Below, in pieces: positions 9,183 to 18,835 of a stretch of DNA of 55,492 bases. The notes beneath the pieces were generated by a model. That model was not told the origin of the DNA, ran no database searches, and was given only the letters and a program-made list of their open reading frames with translations. Each line of letters starts with the position of its first letter. The stretch's first letter is position 1. Origin of the DNA: Planctomycetota bacterium (lineage in GTDB: Bacteria > Planctomycetota > UBA1135 > UBA2386); contig CANMWZ010000027.1 in assembly GCA_947501605.1 (NCBI GenBank), positions 1-55,492 of the forward strand. The letters run 5' to 3'. The position numbers and the translations under genes were made by a program.

Positions 9183-10088
9183 TCAAGCTGGGTTCGTGGT
9201 CTCTCGCAGCAACTCGGCGACCAGCACCCCGCCGACAATCAGGCCACCACCGATCCACTGGGCCGTGCCGAGCCGATCGCCCATGAGGCCCATGCCGCCA
9301 AGGGCTCCGAACAGCGGTTGGGTCGCAAAGATCACTGCTACCTGGGTGGCCTTGATGCGCGGCTGCACCCGGCTCTGGACGACGATGGCGAGCGCGAGCG
9401 CGAACACGGCGAGGTAGACGATGCACCCGGCGATGCTGGGGTCTAGTGCGTACTCCAGCACCGGCGCGAGGCCACCCTGGAACGGCAGGAACGCGGCGGT
9501 TCCGAGCGCGACGGTCACGAGTTGCCACCAGCAATAAACCGTCTCGCGCCCGTTCCGCGACCACTTCGACATCATCAGGATGTGGCACGCGAAGCTGACT
9601 GAGGCAGCGATCAGCAGCATCACGCCGAGCATCGAGTCCTTGCCGGCTTGGTCGCGTCCTGCGTCGGGCCAGCTCATGAGCACGAGGCCCACGACTCCAA
9701 GCAGCAAACCAAGCACTGTGGCGCGGTGCAGTCGTTCGCGGAAGACGAGGACGCCACCGAGCGCGACCAGCAGCGTGATCAGACCGGACAAGAACCCCGC
9801 CATGGACGCGGTGGTCTGTTGCATACCGAGCGTCTGCAGTACGTAGCCGAGCAGCAGCGAGAGGCCGGTGGCGATGCCGCGCTTGGCCTCGGACACGAGG
9901 GCATCGCGCCGGTGGACGACGAACGGGGCCAGCACGGCGACGGCGAGCCAGAACCGAGCCGTCATCATTGCGAACGGCGGCATGCCGCGATCGAGGACAT
10001 ACTTGACCGCCGAGTAGCTGATGCCCCAGACCAGGTTCATCGACAGCAGCCAGAGCTGCGGGGCGAACGACGGCGATCTAGGCGGCAT
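9183..10088 (-). CDS. EamA/DMT family transporter
   Basis: About 10 TM helices; LVWGISY..VK, ARFWLA and FATQPLFGA..G....GD motifs. Confidence 0.92.
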   Translation of the reverse strand: MPPRSPSFAPQLWLLSMNLVWGISYSAVKYVLDRGMPPFAMMTARFWLAVAVLAPFVVHRRDALVSEAKRGIATGLSLLLGYVLQTLGMQQTTASMAGFLSGLITLLVALGGVLVFRERLHRATVLGLLLGVVGLVLMSWPDAGRDQAGKDSMLGVMLLIAASVSFACHILMMSKWSRNGRETVYCWWQLVTVALGTAAFLPFQGGLAPVLEYALDPSIAGCIVYLAVFALALAIVVQSRVQPRIKATQVAVIFATQPLFGALGGMGLMGDRLGTAQWIGGGLIVGGVLVAELLRETTNPA

Positions 10089-10134
10089 GCGGGGCGGGGA
10101 GCATAGCATCGGGCCGCACAGATGCCCGCGCAGC

Positions 10135-12372
10135 TCAGCGACCGCCGCGAGCGGGGCCGCCGTTCTGCGGCGCGTCGTTGGGATTCTGGAACTCGTAGGC
10201 CGGCAGCTTCAGCAGCTCTGGATCGACGTCCTTGAGTGCCGTGAGGAGCTGTTCGAGCTGGTCGTCGAGCTTCGCGTTCTTCAGCATCGTTCGCAGCATG
10301 CGCGCCGTATCCGAGGCCGACAGATTGAGTCCGTCGAAGGTCGCGGTTGCCTCAGGCTTGGTGCGCAGCGCGGTGATCAGTTCCTGAGTCGATGGCGCCA
10401 GCAGTCCCTGCTCCAGCAGCACTCGTGAACGGCCGGCGTGGGCCATCGCCACGTAGTGGTCGGCGTTGCCGGCGTTGGTCGGGTTCTTGGCCGCACAGTC
10501 GCGGAAGTGCGCGATGGCGCGGTCGTAGGCGGTCAACGCGGCATCGGACTCGCCGCGGCGGCGGCTGGCCTCGGCGACGACCATCGTGGCGTAGCCGGCG
10601 TAATAGGCGAGGTCGGCGTTCGGCGTCTGCTGCAGCATTCGCGTATAGGTGGCTTCGAGTGCTTCGGCCCCCTGCTCTTCGAGGATGCGCGTGCGCAGTC
10701 GCTGGTGCAGGGGCGCCGACGCCGGAAAGCGTGCGAGTCCGGCGTCGAGGATTGCACTGGCTGGACCCTTGCCGCCGAGCGCCTTGACGAAGTCGTAGTG
10801 GTCAGCGAAGTGATAGTCCTGGCCGAGTGGGTGCTTCTCCAACACCGAGTAGGCAGTGTGGACCTCGGTGAGCCACTGCGGCTCCCAGGGCTTCTTGTCG
10901 CGGATCGCGGCGACGATCGCATTCTGCCGAGCCTCGGCAAAGATCTGCATCGCCAGCATGGCGGCGTAGCCGCCGGCGTTCTTGGGCACGAGCTTCGCCG
11001 CCGCTTCGGCTGCCGCATACGCCGCCTCGAGGTCGCGCAGTTGCCATGAGGCCGCCGCCAGAACGGCCTGCGCGCGGAACTCGCCGTCCGTCACCTTGGT
11101 GAGCCCGAACTTGGTTGCTCGACGAGCCTGAGTGCGTGCGTCCTCGAACAGCAATTGGGTGTAGCGATCGGCTTCGCGGGCGTTGCGGAACCCGGCGCGG
11201 TCCGTGTGGGCGCCGAGTTCGAGAGTGGACTCTGCCATCGCCAGCATCTGTTCGGCCGAACGAGGTTCCTTCTGCACCGCGTCCTCGGCGCGCTGGATGC
11301 GCGCTTGCAATGCGTAGCTGTCGGCCGCCTCGGGCGCCGGCTGTGCCTCGATCGCCGCCGCCCATCCCTTCACGTCCACGCCGCCGCTTTGGTTGGAGAG
11401 GCCTCGGTGCACGACAGCAAGCGTGCGCGCTTCTGGTGAGGTCTCGCCGAGTCGCTCCAACGCCGTGATGAGCTGTTGCCGTTCGCTCTCCTGCATCGGG
11501 GCGCGCAGCGCCTCGCCGATCAAGTCGACGGCGCCGTCTTGTTTGGTCTGCGCCAGGGCTCGGCGCGCAGCATTGGCGCGCTCGATGTCGAGCCCGAACA
11601 CCGAGAGCCGAAGCAGCTCGACCGGCGCGTCGGCGCCCATGTTCTCGGCGACCTTCAGCAGCGAGTCCTTCAGCTGCGGCTCGCCAGTGGCAAATGCCTG
11701 CTCCACGGCATCGCGATCGCGCCCGTCCTTGCTCTGCACCCGTTCGAGGATCGACTTGTCGCCGCGCACGATCGGTTCGGCCTGGACCTTGCGATCGACA
11801 ATGCCCTTCTGGATCTGCGCAAACACCGAGTCGGTGTCCCAAGCATAGAAGACGTCATAGGTCTCGCTGCCGTCGAGCTCGACCATGATGTGCCGTGGCG
11901 CGATGCGTCGGCCATCCATGAACTTCTCGTACAGCATCGGCTCGATGGCGATGTGCTCGCCACACGTTACGCAGCCAAAACGCGGGCACGGGATGCGGCG
12001 GCCCTCTTCGTCGTAGTCGCGCGGATTGTGGCGGTAGACCGACGCGATCACGCAGACATAGGGCTCGTAGAGCTTGGCGATCTCTGGCAGGCGGTAGCGC
12101 ACACCGGCGTAGTGCTCGCTGGCGATTTCGCCGTCCATGTTGACGCACACGAGGATCGGTCGCTGCTGCTCCTTGCTGAGAGCGAGTGCATCGTCCCAAC
12201 TGCGCTGAAACGTGATCTGCACCGGCTTCTGCCAGTCCTCGGCGCTGGGCGCGTACCACATCTGCTCGCGCGTCACGCCTTGTGGCAGCTGGGTGGCAGC
12301 GGGCGCGAAGGGCGCGAGCGACACCAGGGCGAGGGCGAATGGAAATCGGGGATGCCAGAGGTGGAGCTGCAT
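10135..12372 (-). CDS. Secreted protein: thioredoxin-like N-domain with Cys/His cluster plus HEAT/TPR repeats
   Basis: Signal peptide FALALVSLAPFAPA; SWDDALALSKEQQRPILVCVN (thioredoxin_7-like start); CPRFGCVTCGEH; Ala-rich TPR-like helices. Confidence 0.6.
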   Translation of the reverse strand: MQLHLWHPRFPFALALVSLAPFAPAATQLPQGVTREQMWYAPSAEDWQKPVQITFQRSWDDALALSKEQQRPILVCVNMDGEIASEHYAGVRYRLPEIAKLYEPYVCVIASVYRHNPRDYDEEGRRIPCPRFGCVTCGEHIAIEPMLYEKFMDGRRIAPRHIMVELDGSETYDVFYAWDTDSVFAQIQKGIVDRKVQAEPIVRGDKSILERVQSKDGRDRDAVEQAFATGEPQLKDSLLKVAENMGADAPVELLRLSVFGLDIERANAARRALAQTKQDGAVDLIGEALRAPMQESERQQLITALERLGETSPEARTLAVVHRGLSNQSGGVDVKGWAAAIEAQPAPEAADSYALQARIQRAEDAVQKEPRSAEQMLAMAESTLELGAHTDRAGFRNAREADRYTQLLFEDARTQARRATKFGLTKVTDGEFRAQAVLAAASWQLRDLEAAYAAAEAAAKLVPKNAGGYAAMLAMQIFAEARQNAIVAAIRDKKPWEPQWLTEVHTAYSVLEKHPLGQDYHFADHYDFVKALGGKGPASAILDAGLARFPASAPLHQRLRTRILEEQGAEALEATYTRMLQQTPNADLAYYAGYATMVVAEASRRRGESDAALTAYDRAIAHFRDCAAKNPTNAGNADHYVAMAHAGRSRVLLEQGLLAPSTQELITALRTKPEATATFDGLNLSASDTARMLRTMLKNAKLDDQLEQLLTALKDVDPELLKLPAYEFQNPNDAPQNGGPARGGR

Positions 12373-12705
12373 GTGCTTGATCAGAGAAAACGTCGGGGCG
12401 GGAGGATACGCAAGGGACAGGCTGCAGGCTGGGCCCATTTCGCCACAGGGAGGTAGCAGGAGGAAGTTCTCGGCGTGGGCGCGTGCCATTTGCGATGGGC
12501 AAAGACTGGCGACACTGCGTGTTGACACCACGACGAAGCCCCAGGCGACGAGGCCTGCAGAGCCGTTGGGTTCGCGGCTCTACGGCGGCGCGTGCGGCCG
12601 CGGCAGCGTGTTTGCTCGCGGGGTGCGGAGCGCGCGACGTCGCTGTTCGAGCCGGTCTTGCCAGAACTGGAACCTCTACGACCGAGTAGTGTTGGGCCTC
12701 GCGCC

Positions 12706-14229
12706 ATGAACCACACTTGCCCGTTCGCAATCCTCGCCGCTGCCGCGTTCGTCGCCGCTGCCGCCGATCAAGGTCCCGCGCTGACGATCTACAACCAGTC
12801 CTTCGCCGTCGTGCGCGATCGCGTGCCGCTGGCGCTGAAACCCGGCGCCAACGACGTGCAGTTCGTCGGCGTCACGATGCACCTCGAGCCCGACTCGGTC
12901 ATGCTGCGCGACCCACAGGGGAAGGTCGCCTTCGCAGTGATGGAACAGAGCTACCGCGCCGACACCATCTCGCAGGGTCTGTTGCTGAAGATGCACGAAG
13001 GCAAGGAGGTCGACTTCTTGACCACCGATCGCGAGGGCAAGGAGCTGATCGTGAAGGGCAAGGTCATCCGCTCGGGCTACCAGCCGAACATCGGCGCGAG
13101 CCAGCGCTACGGCCAGCAGTTCTACGCGCGCCAATCCGTGCTCGGCGACTACGGCAACGGCGCGGGCTCACCGATCATCGAAGTCGACGGCAAGCTGCGC
13201 TTCTTCCTACCGGGGCAGCCGTTGTTCAGCGCGCTGGGCGACGACTCGATCCTGATGCCGACCCTGTCGTGGCGCATCCACACGGAAGAGCCCGCGCAAT
13301 TCGACGCCGAGATCGGTTACGTGACCGGCGGCATGAGTTGGGAGGCGTCCTACAACCTCGTGATGCCGGAGAAGGGGGATACCCTCGACCTCGTCGGCTG
13401 GGTCACGATCGACAACCAGTCGGGCAAGGTCTTCCCGGACGCGACCATCAAGCTGATGGCGGGGGACGTGAACAAGATCCAGGACGGCCAGGGCGGGATG
13501 GGCGGCGCTGACGAGATGTACTTGGGCATGACGCGCAAGGCCGAGGCCCCGCAAGTCACCGAGAAGGCCTTCGACGAGTTCCACCTCTACTCGCTGCCGC
13601 TCCCGACCACGCTGCGCGACCGCGAGCAGAAGCAGGTCGAGTTCGTGCGCGCGACCGGTGTGAGGGCGAAGACGCTGTACGTCTACGACGGCGTGGCCTT
13701 CCCACAGAACTACGGCTGGAACTACGAGATGATCCGCAGCCAGCCCGACTACGGCACGCAGTCGAACGGCAAGGTCTGGGTGATGCGCGAACTCGTCAAT
13801 TCGAAGGCGAACGGACTCGGTCTGCCGCTGCCGAAGGGCAAGACTCGCTTCTACCGCCGGGACGACAGCGATGGCCGGATCGAGTTCACCGGCGAGAACC
13901 GCATCGACCACACGCCGAAGGACGAGACGCTGCGCATCTACACCGGCGACTCGTTCGACCTCGTAGGCGAGCGCAAGCGCATCGACTACCAGCACGACGA
14001 AGGTCGCAAGCAGATGGAAGAAGCCTTCGAGATCCGCGTGCGCAACCGCAAGGAGACCGAGGCCGTCGAGGTGCGCGTCGTCGAGCACCTGTATCGCTGG
14101 AGCAACTGGAACGTGATCCAGAAGTCACACGACTTCGTGAAGACCGACGCGCAGACGATCGAGTACCGCGTGCAGGTGCCGGCCGGTGGCGAGCAGGTGA
14201 TCACCTACCGCGTGCGCTACGACTGGTGA
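12706..14229 (+). CDS. DUF4139 domain-containing secreted protein
   Basis: Signal peptide; LTIYNQSFAVVRD, YVTGGMSWEASY, GWVTIDNQSG, EFHLYSLP, GLGLPLPKG motifs. Confidence 0.88.
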   Translation: MNHTCPFAILAAAAFVAAAADQGPALTIYNQSFAVVRDRVPLALKPGANDVQFVGVTMHLEPDSVMLRDPQGKVAFAVMEQSYRADTISQGLLLKMHEGKEVDFLTTDREGKELIVKGKVIRSGYQPNIGASQRYGQQFYARQSVLGDYGNGAGSPIIEVDGKLRFFLPGQPLFSALGDDSILMPTLSWRIHTEEPAQFDAEIGYVTGGMSWEASYNLVMPEKGDTLDLVGWVTIDNQSGKVFPDATIKLMAGDVNKIQDGQGGMGGADEMYLGMTRKAEAPQVTEKAFDEFHLYSLPLPTTLRDREQKQVEFVRATGVRAKTLYVYDGVAFPQNYGWNYEMIRSQPDYGTQSNGKVWVMRELVNSKANGLGLPLPKGKTRFYRRDDSDGRIEFTGENRIDHTPKDETLRIYTGDSFDLVGERKRIDYQHDEGRKQMEEAFEIRVRNRKETEAVEVRVVEHLYRWSNWNVIQKSHDFVKTDAQTIEYRVQVPAGGEQVITYRVRYDW

Positions 14230-14230
14230 A

Positions 14231-14247
14231 CGAGCGCTCGGCGCTCG
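14231..14247. terminator. Short hairpin between convergent genes
   Basis: CGAGCGC-TCG-GCGCTCG between stops at 14229 and 14257; no U-tract. Confidence 0.3.
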
Positions 14248-14256
14248 CCATCACGT

Positions 14257-15501
14257 TCACCAGCGCACGATGACGTCGAGGCCGCCGGTCCACATCTCGG
14301 ACTTGCCTTCGAAGGGGTCGTTCTGGTTGCGGTCGTATCGCGCAAACGGGCGCACCTGCAGCCATGGCTCTGGTTGCCAGGCGAGACCGATCGTGCCCGC
14401 GACATAGTGCCCGCTGGTGCCGGTGCGGGCGCCGTCGTCATCGGTGAACGTCTCGGCGCGGAAGTTCGCGGTCAGTTCAGGCGCCAGCGTCCAGCTCAGG
14501 TAGTTGGCGAAGCCGTACCACTGCGCCGCGGCGCTGCCGGCGGCCGTGCTGCGGGTCGTGCCGAAGGTGCTGTCGAGCACGTAGCTGAGGCCGTCGCGAA
14601 TCGTGTGCGTGACGACGACGTTGTAGCTGTCGTAGTGCTGGAACGCCTCGTCCTGGTCGTAGCCTTGGCCGGTGTAGAACACGTTTGCTGCGACGGTGGT
14701 GCTGCTGCCAGCAGGCGCCCACTTGAGACCGCCGACGTAGCTCGCGGTTGCGGCTGGATCGAAGAACACGTCAGCGCCGGTGACGATGCCGTGATACATC
14801 GTGAGACCGCCGTCCAGGTCGGTCGTGACCTGCGCCCCGGTGTGCGTGAACGGGTTGTACTGGAAGTTGTAGCTGCGGCTGACGAACGGCGTCGCGATCG
14901 CCTCGATCATCTCCCAGCCGATGGCCGTGGCCCAACGACCGACGCGGACGGTGCTGCCCTTGTTGCCGAGCGTCGGCAGGAACATCTCGCCGTAGACGTA
15001 CGTAGTGTCGATGCCGTTGCGCGAACTCTGGTCGTTCCACATGCCGCGCGCTTGTGTGTACTTGTAGTCGTAGCCCGGCAGGATCGAGGCGACGCGGAAG
15101 CCGTACTGTGTCTCGGCGCGCGAGGTGTCGATCGAGCGCACGACTTCGAGCCAGTTCTGTTGCAGCTGGAAGGACTCGGCGCGGTCGTTGAACGTGGTCG
15201 GCGTGTTGAAGCGATCGGTCGAGCTCGCGGTGTAGCTGACCTGCGACCAGCCATAGACGCGGAACGGCAGTTCGCCGACACCGAGGCGATCGAGGCCTTG
15301 CTCGAGCCAGTAGCGTTCGGTCGGCACGGGTGCTGGGTTGCCGCCGAGGTCGGTTTCGGCGTCTGGCGTCGCCGCTACTTCACCGGCCGGTGCGGCTGGC
15401 GCCGGACGAGCTGCCGGCTCTTGCGGCGTGCTGACTTGGGCAGAGGCGGCAGCGGCGGCGTAGAGAACAGTTGCGATGACGACAGACGAACGAAGAGACA
15501 T
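14257..15501 (-). CDS. Outer-membrane beta-barrel porin (BBP2/OmpL-like)
   Basis: Signal peptide; FNDRAESFQLQQ, GRWATAIGWEMIEA, YNPFTHTG, RAETFTDDDGART; C-terminal aromatic residue (DVIVRW). Confidence 0.85.
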   Translation of the reverse strand: MSLRSSVVIATVLYAAAAASAQVSTPQEPAARPAPAAPAGEVAATPDAETDLGGNPAPVPTERYWLEQGLDRLGVGELPFRVYGWSQVSYTASSTDRFNTPTTFNDRAESFQLQQNWLEVVRSIDTSRAETQYGFRVASILPGYDYKYTQARGMWNDQSSRNGIDTTYVYGEMFLPTLGNKGSTVRVGRWATAIGWEMIEAIATPFVSRSYNFQYNPFTHTGAQVTTDLDGGLTMYHGIVTGADVFFDPAATASYVGGLKWAPAGSSTTVAANVFYTGQGYDQDEAFQHYDSYNVVVTHTIRDGLSYVLDSTFGTTRSTAAGSAAAQWYGFANYLSWTLAPELTANFRAETFTDDDGARTGTSGHYVAGTIGLAWQPEPWLQVRPFARYDRNQNDPFEGKSEMWTGGLDVIVRW

Positions 15502-15893
15502 GCAGATGGATCTCGTGGGGTTTCCGCTCGATCCAGTGCCCGGGCAGCATCGGCCACTACGCCGCCGCAACTGGGCGTCGTCGCGATAGTGCTGCTGCCA
15601 TGGCGTCTGCGGCACGACTCTGCGGCAGCCGCGCGGCGATCGCGGCGGTCCCGTTGCACCATGCCCTAGGACCTCGCGAGGGCGGGCGAGCGCCGCTCGC
15701 TCCGATCGGACCTCGTGCGTTCCCGTGCGCGTCCACGGCTGCACCACCGACGTCATCATGACTGTGCATGGCGTGCGGGCACCGGCAGCAGGCGGCCGTG
15801 GCGTCGCCGTCACGATGGTCTGCGGTCACGAACCGGGACGATGTGTTGCCGCCCGAGTGCAGGACTCACCGTGCGCGTCCGATCCCGTTCCCC

Positions 15894-16511
15894 ATGAACG
15901 TGAGCATCCTCAGACTTACTACCGCAGCAGCGCTGGTCGCCGCGTTCTGCAGTGGACAGCAACAGCGCGACGATGGCGCTCGGCGCCACGCCGCACAACC
16001 AGGCGTCGAGACGCGCGGCGAGCGGCTGGAGACAGCGCGGAAGCCGCGCACCGCAGCAACCGCAGACGGCGGCGAACAGACCGTGGAGCAGAAGCGCAAG
16101 GCGCTGCTGCAAGCGCGGGAGCGACACGAGCCGGGGACCGACCCGAAGCCCGAGAACGGCATGGATGACGAGACGCGCTTGCGTCGCGCTGTTCACGAGC
16201 TGCTCGAGGGCAACGGCGAGGAGTTCACGGACGACGAGCGCGCCAGGTTCCGCGCGATGGTGCGCGAGATGGCTCAGCGAGCGCACGCGCGCCGCGAGGA
16301 GCGCCGAGACCAACGCGAGGACGTTCGCGACCAGCGCGAAGATGTGCGCGATGCCCAGCGTGAGGGCGGTCGACTCGACCGCGCCGAGGACCGCCGCGAT
16401 ACGCGCGAGGATGGCCGCGACGGGCGCGTGGAGCGCACGGATAAGCCGAAGGTGCGAGCGACGGAGCGCAGCGAGAAGGTGCAGAAACCGCGCGGCCCGA
16501 AGGGGCAGTGA
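15894..16511 (+). CDS. Secreted/lipoprotein hypothetical with charged heptad repeats
   Basis: Signal LTTAAALVAAFC; REERRDQ-REDVRDQ-REDVRDA...EDRRDTREDGRD. Confidence 0.6.
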   Translation: MNVSILRLTTAAALVAAFCSGQQQRDDGARRHAAQPGVETRGERLETARKPRTAATADGGEQTVEQKRKALLQARERHEPGTDPKPENGMDDETRLRRAVHELLEGNGEEFTDDERARFRAMVREMAQRAHARREERRDQREDVRDQREDVRDAQREGGRLDRAEDRRDTREDGRDGRVERTDKPKVRATERSEKVQKPRGPKGQ

Positions 16512-16718
16512 TGCGGTGACTCCGGTCGTGCTGTCGCAGGCGGCGAGCCGAAGGGCTTGGTGACCTCGCGGCGTGATCGCGGTCACGGGGTTCGGTAGCG
16601 GCTCTGCCGCACCGGACCCCGCATCGGCAACGGGGCTACTCGGTCGGCGGTTCGCGGCGGCACGTACGGCGAAAAGGTGCAACCTCCCTGCCGCGGTCGG
16701 CGGTAGAGCAGTCGTCCC

Positions 16719-17240
16719 ATGGCTGCCGCCTCCGTGACCTCAGACCAAACCGCTGACGCGACTTTCGCCGCCTTCCTGCAAGCCGCGCAACCGCGCGTGC
16801 TTCAGTTTTTGGCGCGCGTGTGCCCAGGCGACGCCGAGGACGTGCTGCAGGAGACGCTGGCCAAGGTCTGGCGACTGCGCGCGAGTTTCGACCCGTCACA
16901 GAACGGCGAGGCTTGGTTGCTACAGGCCGCCTTTCGGTCTTTCTGTGACCACCGTGCGCGCACACGGCGGCAGGCAGTTCTTGTCGACGACAAGGCCGTC
17001 GCGGAACTCGAAGCCCCGAGGATCGCTTGCGGGCTCGAACTGCGCGACGAGGTCGAGTCGCGACTGCAGTCGCTGCCGCCGCTCGAGCGCGTGTTGCTGG
17101 TGGCGTTCCATGGCCATGGCCGTTCGCTGAAGGATCTGGCCGCGCGGCACGGGCTGCCGCTCAACACCATCAAGTCGCATCTGCACCGAGCCCGGGCCCG
17201 GTTGGCAGAACGGCGCGGAGGCCACGATGACGCCCGCTGA
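16719..17240 (+). CDS. ECF RNA polymerase sigma factor
   Basis: DAEDVLQETLAKVW...FD...EAWL and LPLNTIKSHLHRARARL. Confidence 0.92.
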   Translation: MAAASVTSDQTADATFAAFLQAAQPRVLQFLARVCPGDAEDVLQETLAKVWRLRASFDPSQNGEAWLLQAAFRSFCDHRARTRRQAVLVDDKAVAELEAPRIACGLELRDEVESRLQSLPPLERVLLVAFHGHGRSLKDLAARHGLPLNTIKSHLHRARARLAERRGGHDDAR

Positions 17241-17643
17241 GTTCCAGACTCTTCTCGACCGGTGCCTCGATGAGCGGCGCGATCCGTTTTGCGACAGCAC
17301 CCTCTGTGCCTACCTCGAGACACGTCCCGACGAGGTGGAGCGGGTCGCGTCGTTGGTGCAAAGACTCGATGTGCTACGCCGCATTGCGGCTGTGCCGCGG
17401 TCGCGGGCGCGGTGGCCGATCGCGCTCGCAGCGCTCGCGGCCACCGTCTTCTGCCTGCTGCGGCTGTGGCCGTCGCCACTGCCAGTCGAGCCGCGGCCTG
17501 CACTCGGCCGTGTGCTGCGTGCAACTCTCCACCCGGTAGTTGCACGCGCACCGTTCGTCGCGACCGTCACCGTGCGCGAAGTCATGGTCAATCAGCCGGG
17601 CCTGCGCCTCGAAACCTTCACCACTCGCTCGGAACGTTTATGA
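17227..17643 (+). CDS. Putative anti-sigma factor
   Basis: Overlaps the sigma gene, GGAGG RBS; single TM WPIALAALAATVFCLL. Confidence 0.6.
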   Translation: MTPAEFQTLLDRCLDERRDPFCDSTLCAYLETRPDEVERVASLVQRLDVLRRIAAVPRSRARWPIALAALAATVFCLLRLWPSPLPVEPRPALGRVLRATLHPVVARAPFVATVTVREVMVNQPGLRLETFTTRSERL

Positions 17644-18671
17644 AGCGCACTCCCCTGATTCTCTGGTTGGTCTTGTTGGCATTGGTCGCCGGCGTGCGGG
17701 CGCAGAAGTTGCCGCTGGCAGATGGCACCGGGCGCGTGGCCCAACTGGTCGACGTGCGGGCGCTGAGTCCAACCGCTCCCGGTGTGGAGCGCGATGTCGC
17801 TGCCGACCGTGCGTCGCTGGCCTCGTTGGCGTTGTTCGTGCGCCGGTTCTGCGAGCCGCCTCTTGCTCCAGACCATGATTTGCAGCCGTTGGGCGAGCGC
17901 TACCTCGCCGTGCTGGCGGGGCCAGAGCAGATCGCTTTTGTCGAGCGCATGATCGCGACAGCCAAGGCTCACCAGGGGGAACCTCTGCTGGTCGAGTGCC
18001 GCATCCTTAGTTTGACCGACGCGAGCTTTCAGAAGCACCTCGCGCCGTTTCTGCCGGCAACTGCGGTTGCACCGCGAGCGGAAGTGGTGACGGCGGAGCC
18101 CAAGCTGCTGGGCTTCTTGTTCCAGCAAGGTGAGTCGAGCCGCGATGCGGCGCGCGTCGCGATCCTCGGTCCAGGCCAGATGCAACCGCTGTTCAAGTTG
18201 CTGACCGCTGACGCGGCGACCGATCTGTTGCAAGCCCCGTCGATCCTCGTCTTGCCGCTGCAATCGGCCAGCATCGCGGTCGGCGAAGACGTTGCCTACG
18301 TCAAGGACTACGAACTCGACGTTGTCGACGGCAGACTCGAGCCGCGCAAGGTCATGGGCAGTGTGTTCGACGGCGTTCGCATCGACGCTACGTGCGGCTT
18401 GATCGATGCCGACCGCATCGCCCTCGAGTTCGCCCTGCAGCAGCAGGTCTTGGTCCGGCCGATTGCGGAGTTTCGTACGACGCTGGCACAGTCCGGCGAC
18501 GTGGCGATCAAGGCAACGATCGAGGTGCCGTCGAGCACGGGTTGTCGTACCGAGCAGTCGCTGGTGCTGCCTCTGGGTGCAAGCGCCGTCGTCGCCGCCA
18601 AGAATGGGGAAGGCACCTGGTGCGTGACCACCGTGACGGTGACACAGTCCAACGGTCGGTCGCCCCGCTGA
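17640..18671 (+). CDS. Secreted protein with secretin/GspD-like domain
   Basis: ATGA-coupled start; signal peptide; N3-like LAVLAGPEQIAFVERMI; LLVECRIL; LLQAPSILVLPLQSASIAVGEDVAYVKDY. Confidence 0.55.
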   Translation: MKRTPLILWLVLLALVAGVRAQKLPLADGTGRVAQLVDVRALSPTAPGVERDVAADRASLASLALFVRRFCEPPLAPDHDLQPLGERYLAVLAGPEQIAFVERMIATAKAHQGEPLLVECRILSLTDASFQKHLAPFLPATAVAPRAEVVTAEPKLLGFLFQQGESSRDAARVAILGPGQMQPLFKLLTADAATDLLQAPSILVLPLQSASIAVGEDVAYVKDYELDVVDGRLEPRKVMGSVFDGVRIDATCGLIDADRIALEFALQQQVLVRPIAEFRTTLAQSGDVAIKATIEVPSSTGCRTEQSLVLPLGASAVVAAKNGEGTWCVTTVTVTQSNGRSPR

Positions 18672-18835
18672 GCGCATGACCGACTCCGCTGGCTCGACAA
18701 TCCAGCGGTCTCGCCATGCATGTGGCCCGAACGCCGCCGTCTCCGCACTGGAGCCGCCGCAGCGCGCGCCTATCCTGCGCGGGTGCTCGCACTCCTCACT
18801 TCCGGCCCGGGCCGCGTCGCCCGCTTCGCGGCACC

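Noticed and set aside
11950..11995. CVTCGEH as a heme c attachment site
   Set aside because: Spacing is CxxCxxH, not CxxCH
16678..16708. TGCAAC...CGGTA as an autoregulatory ECF promoter
   Set aside because: Plausible, but a single unreplicated instance; cannot be supported without TSS or comparative data
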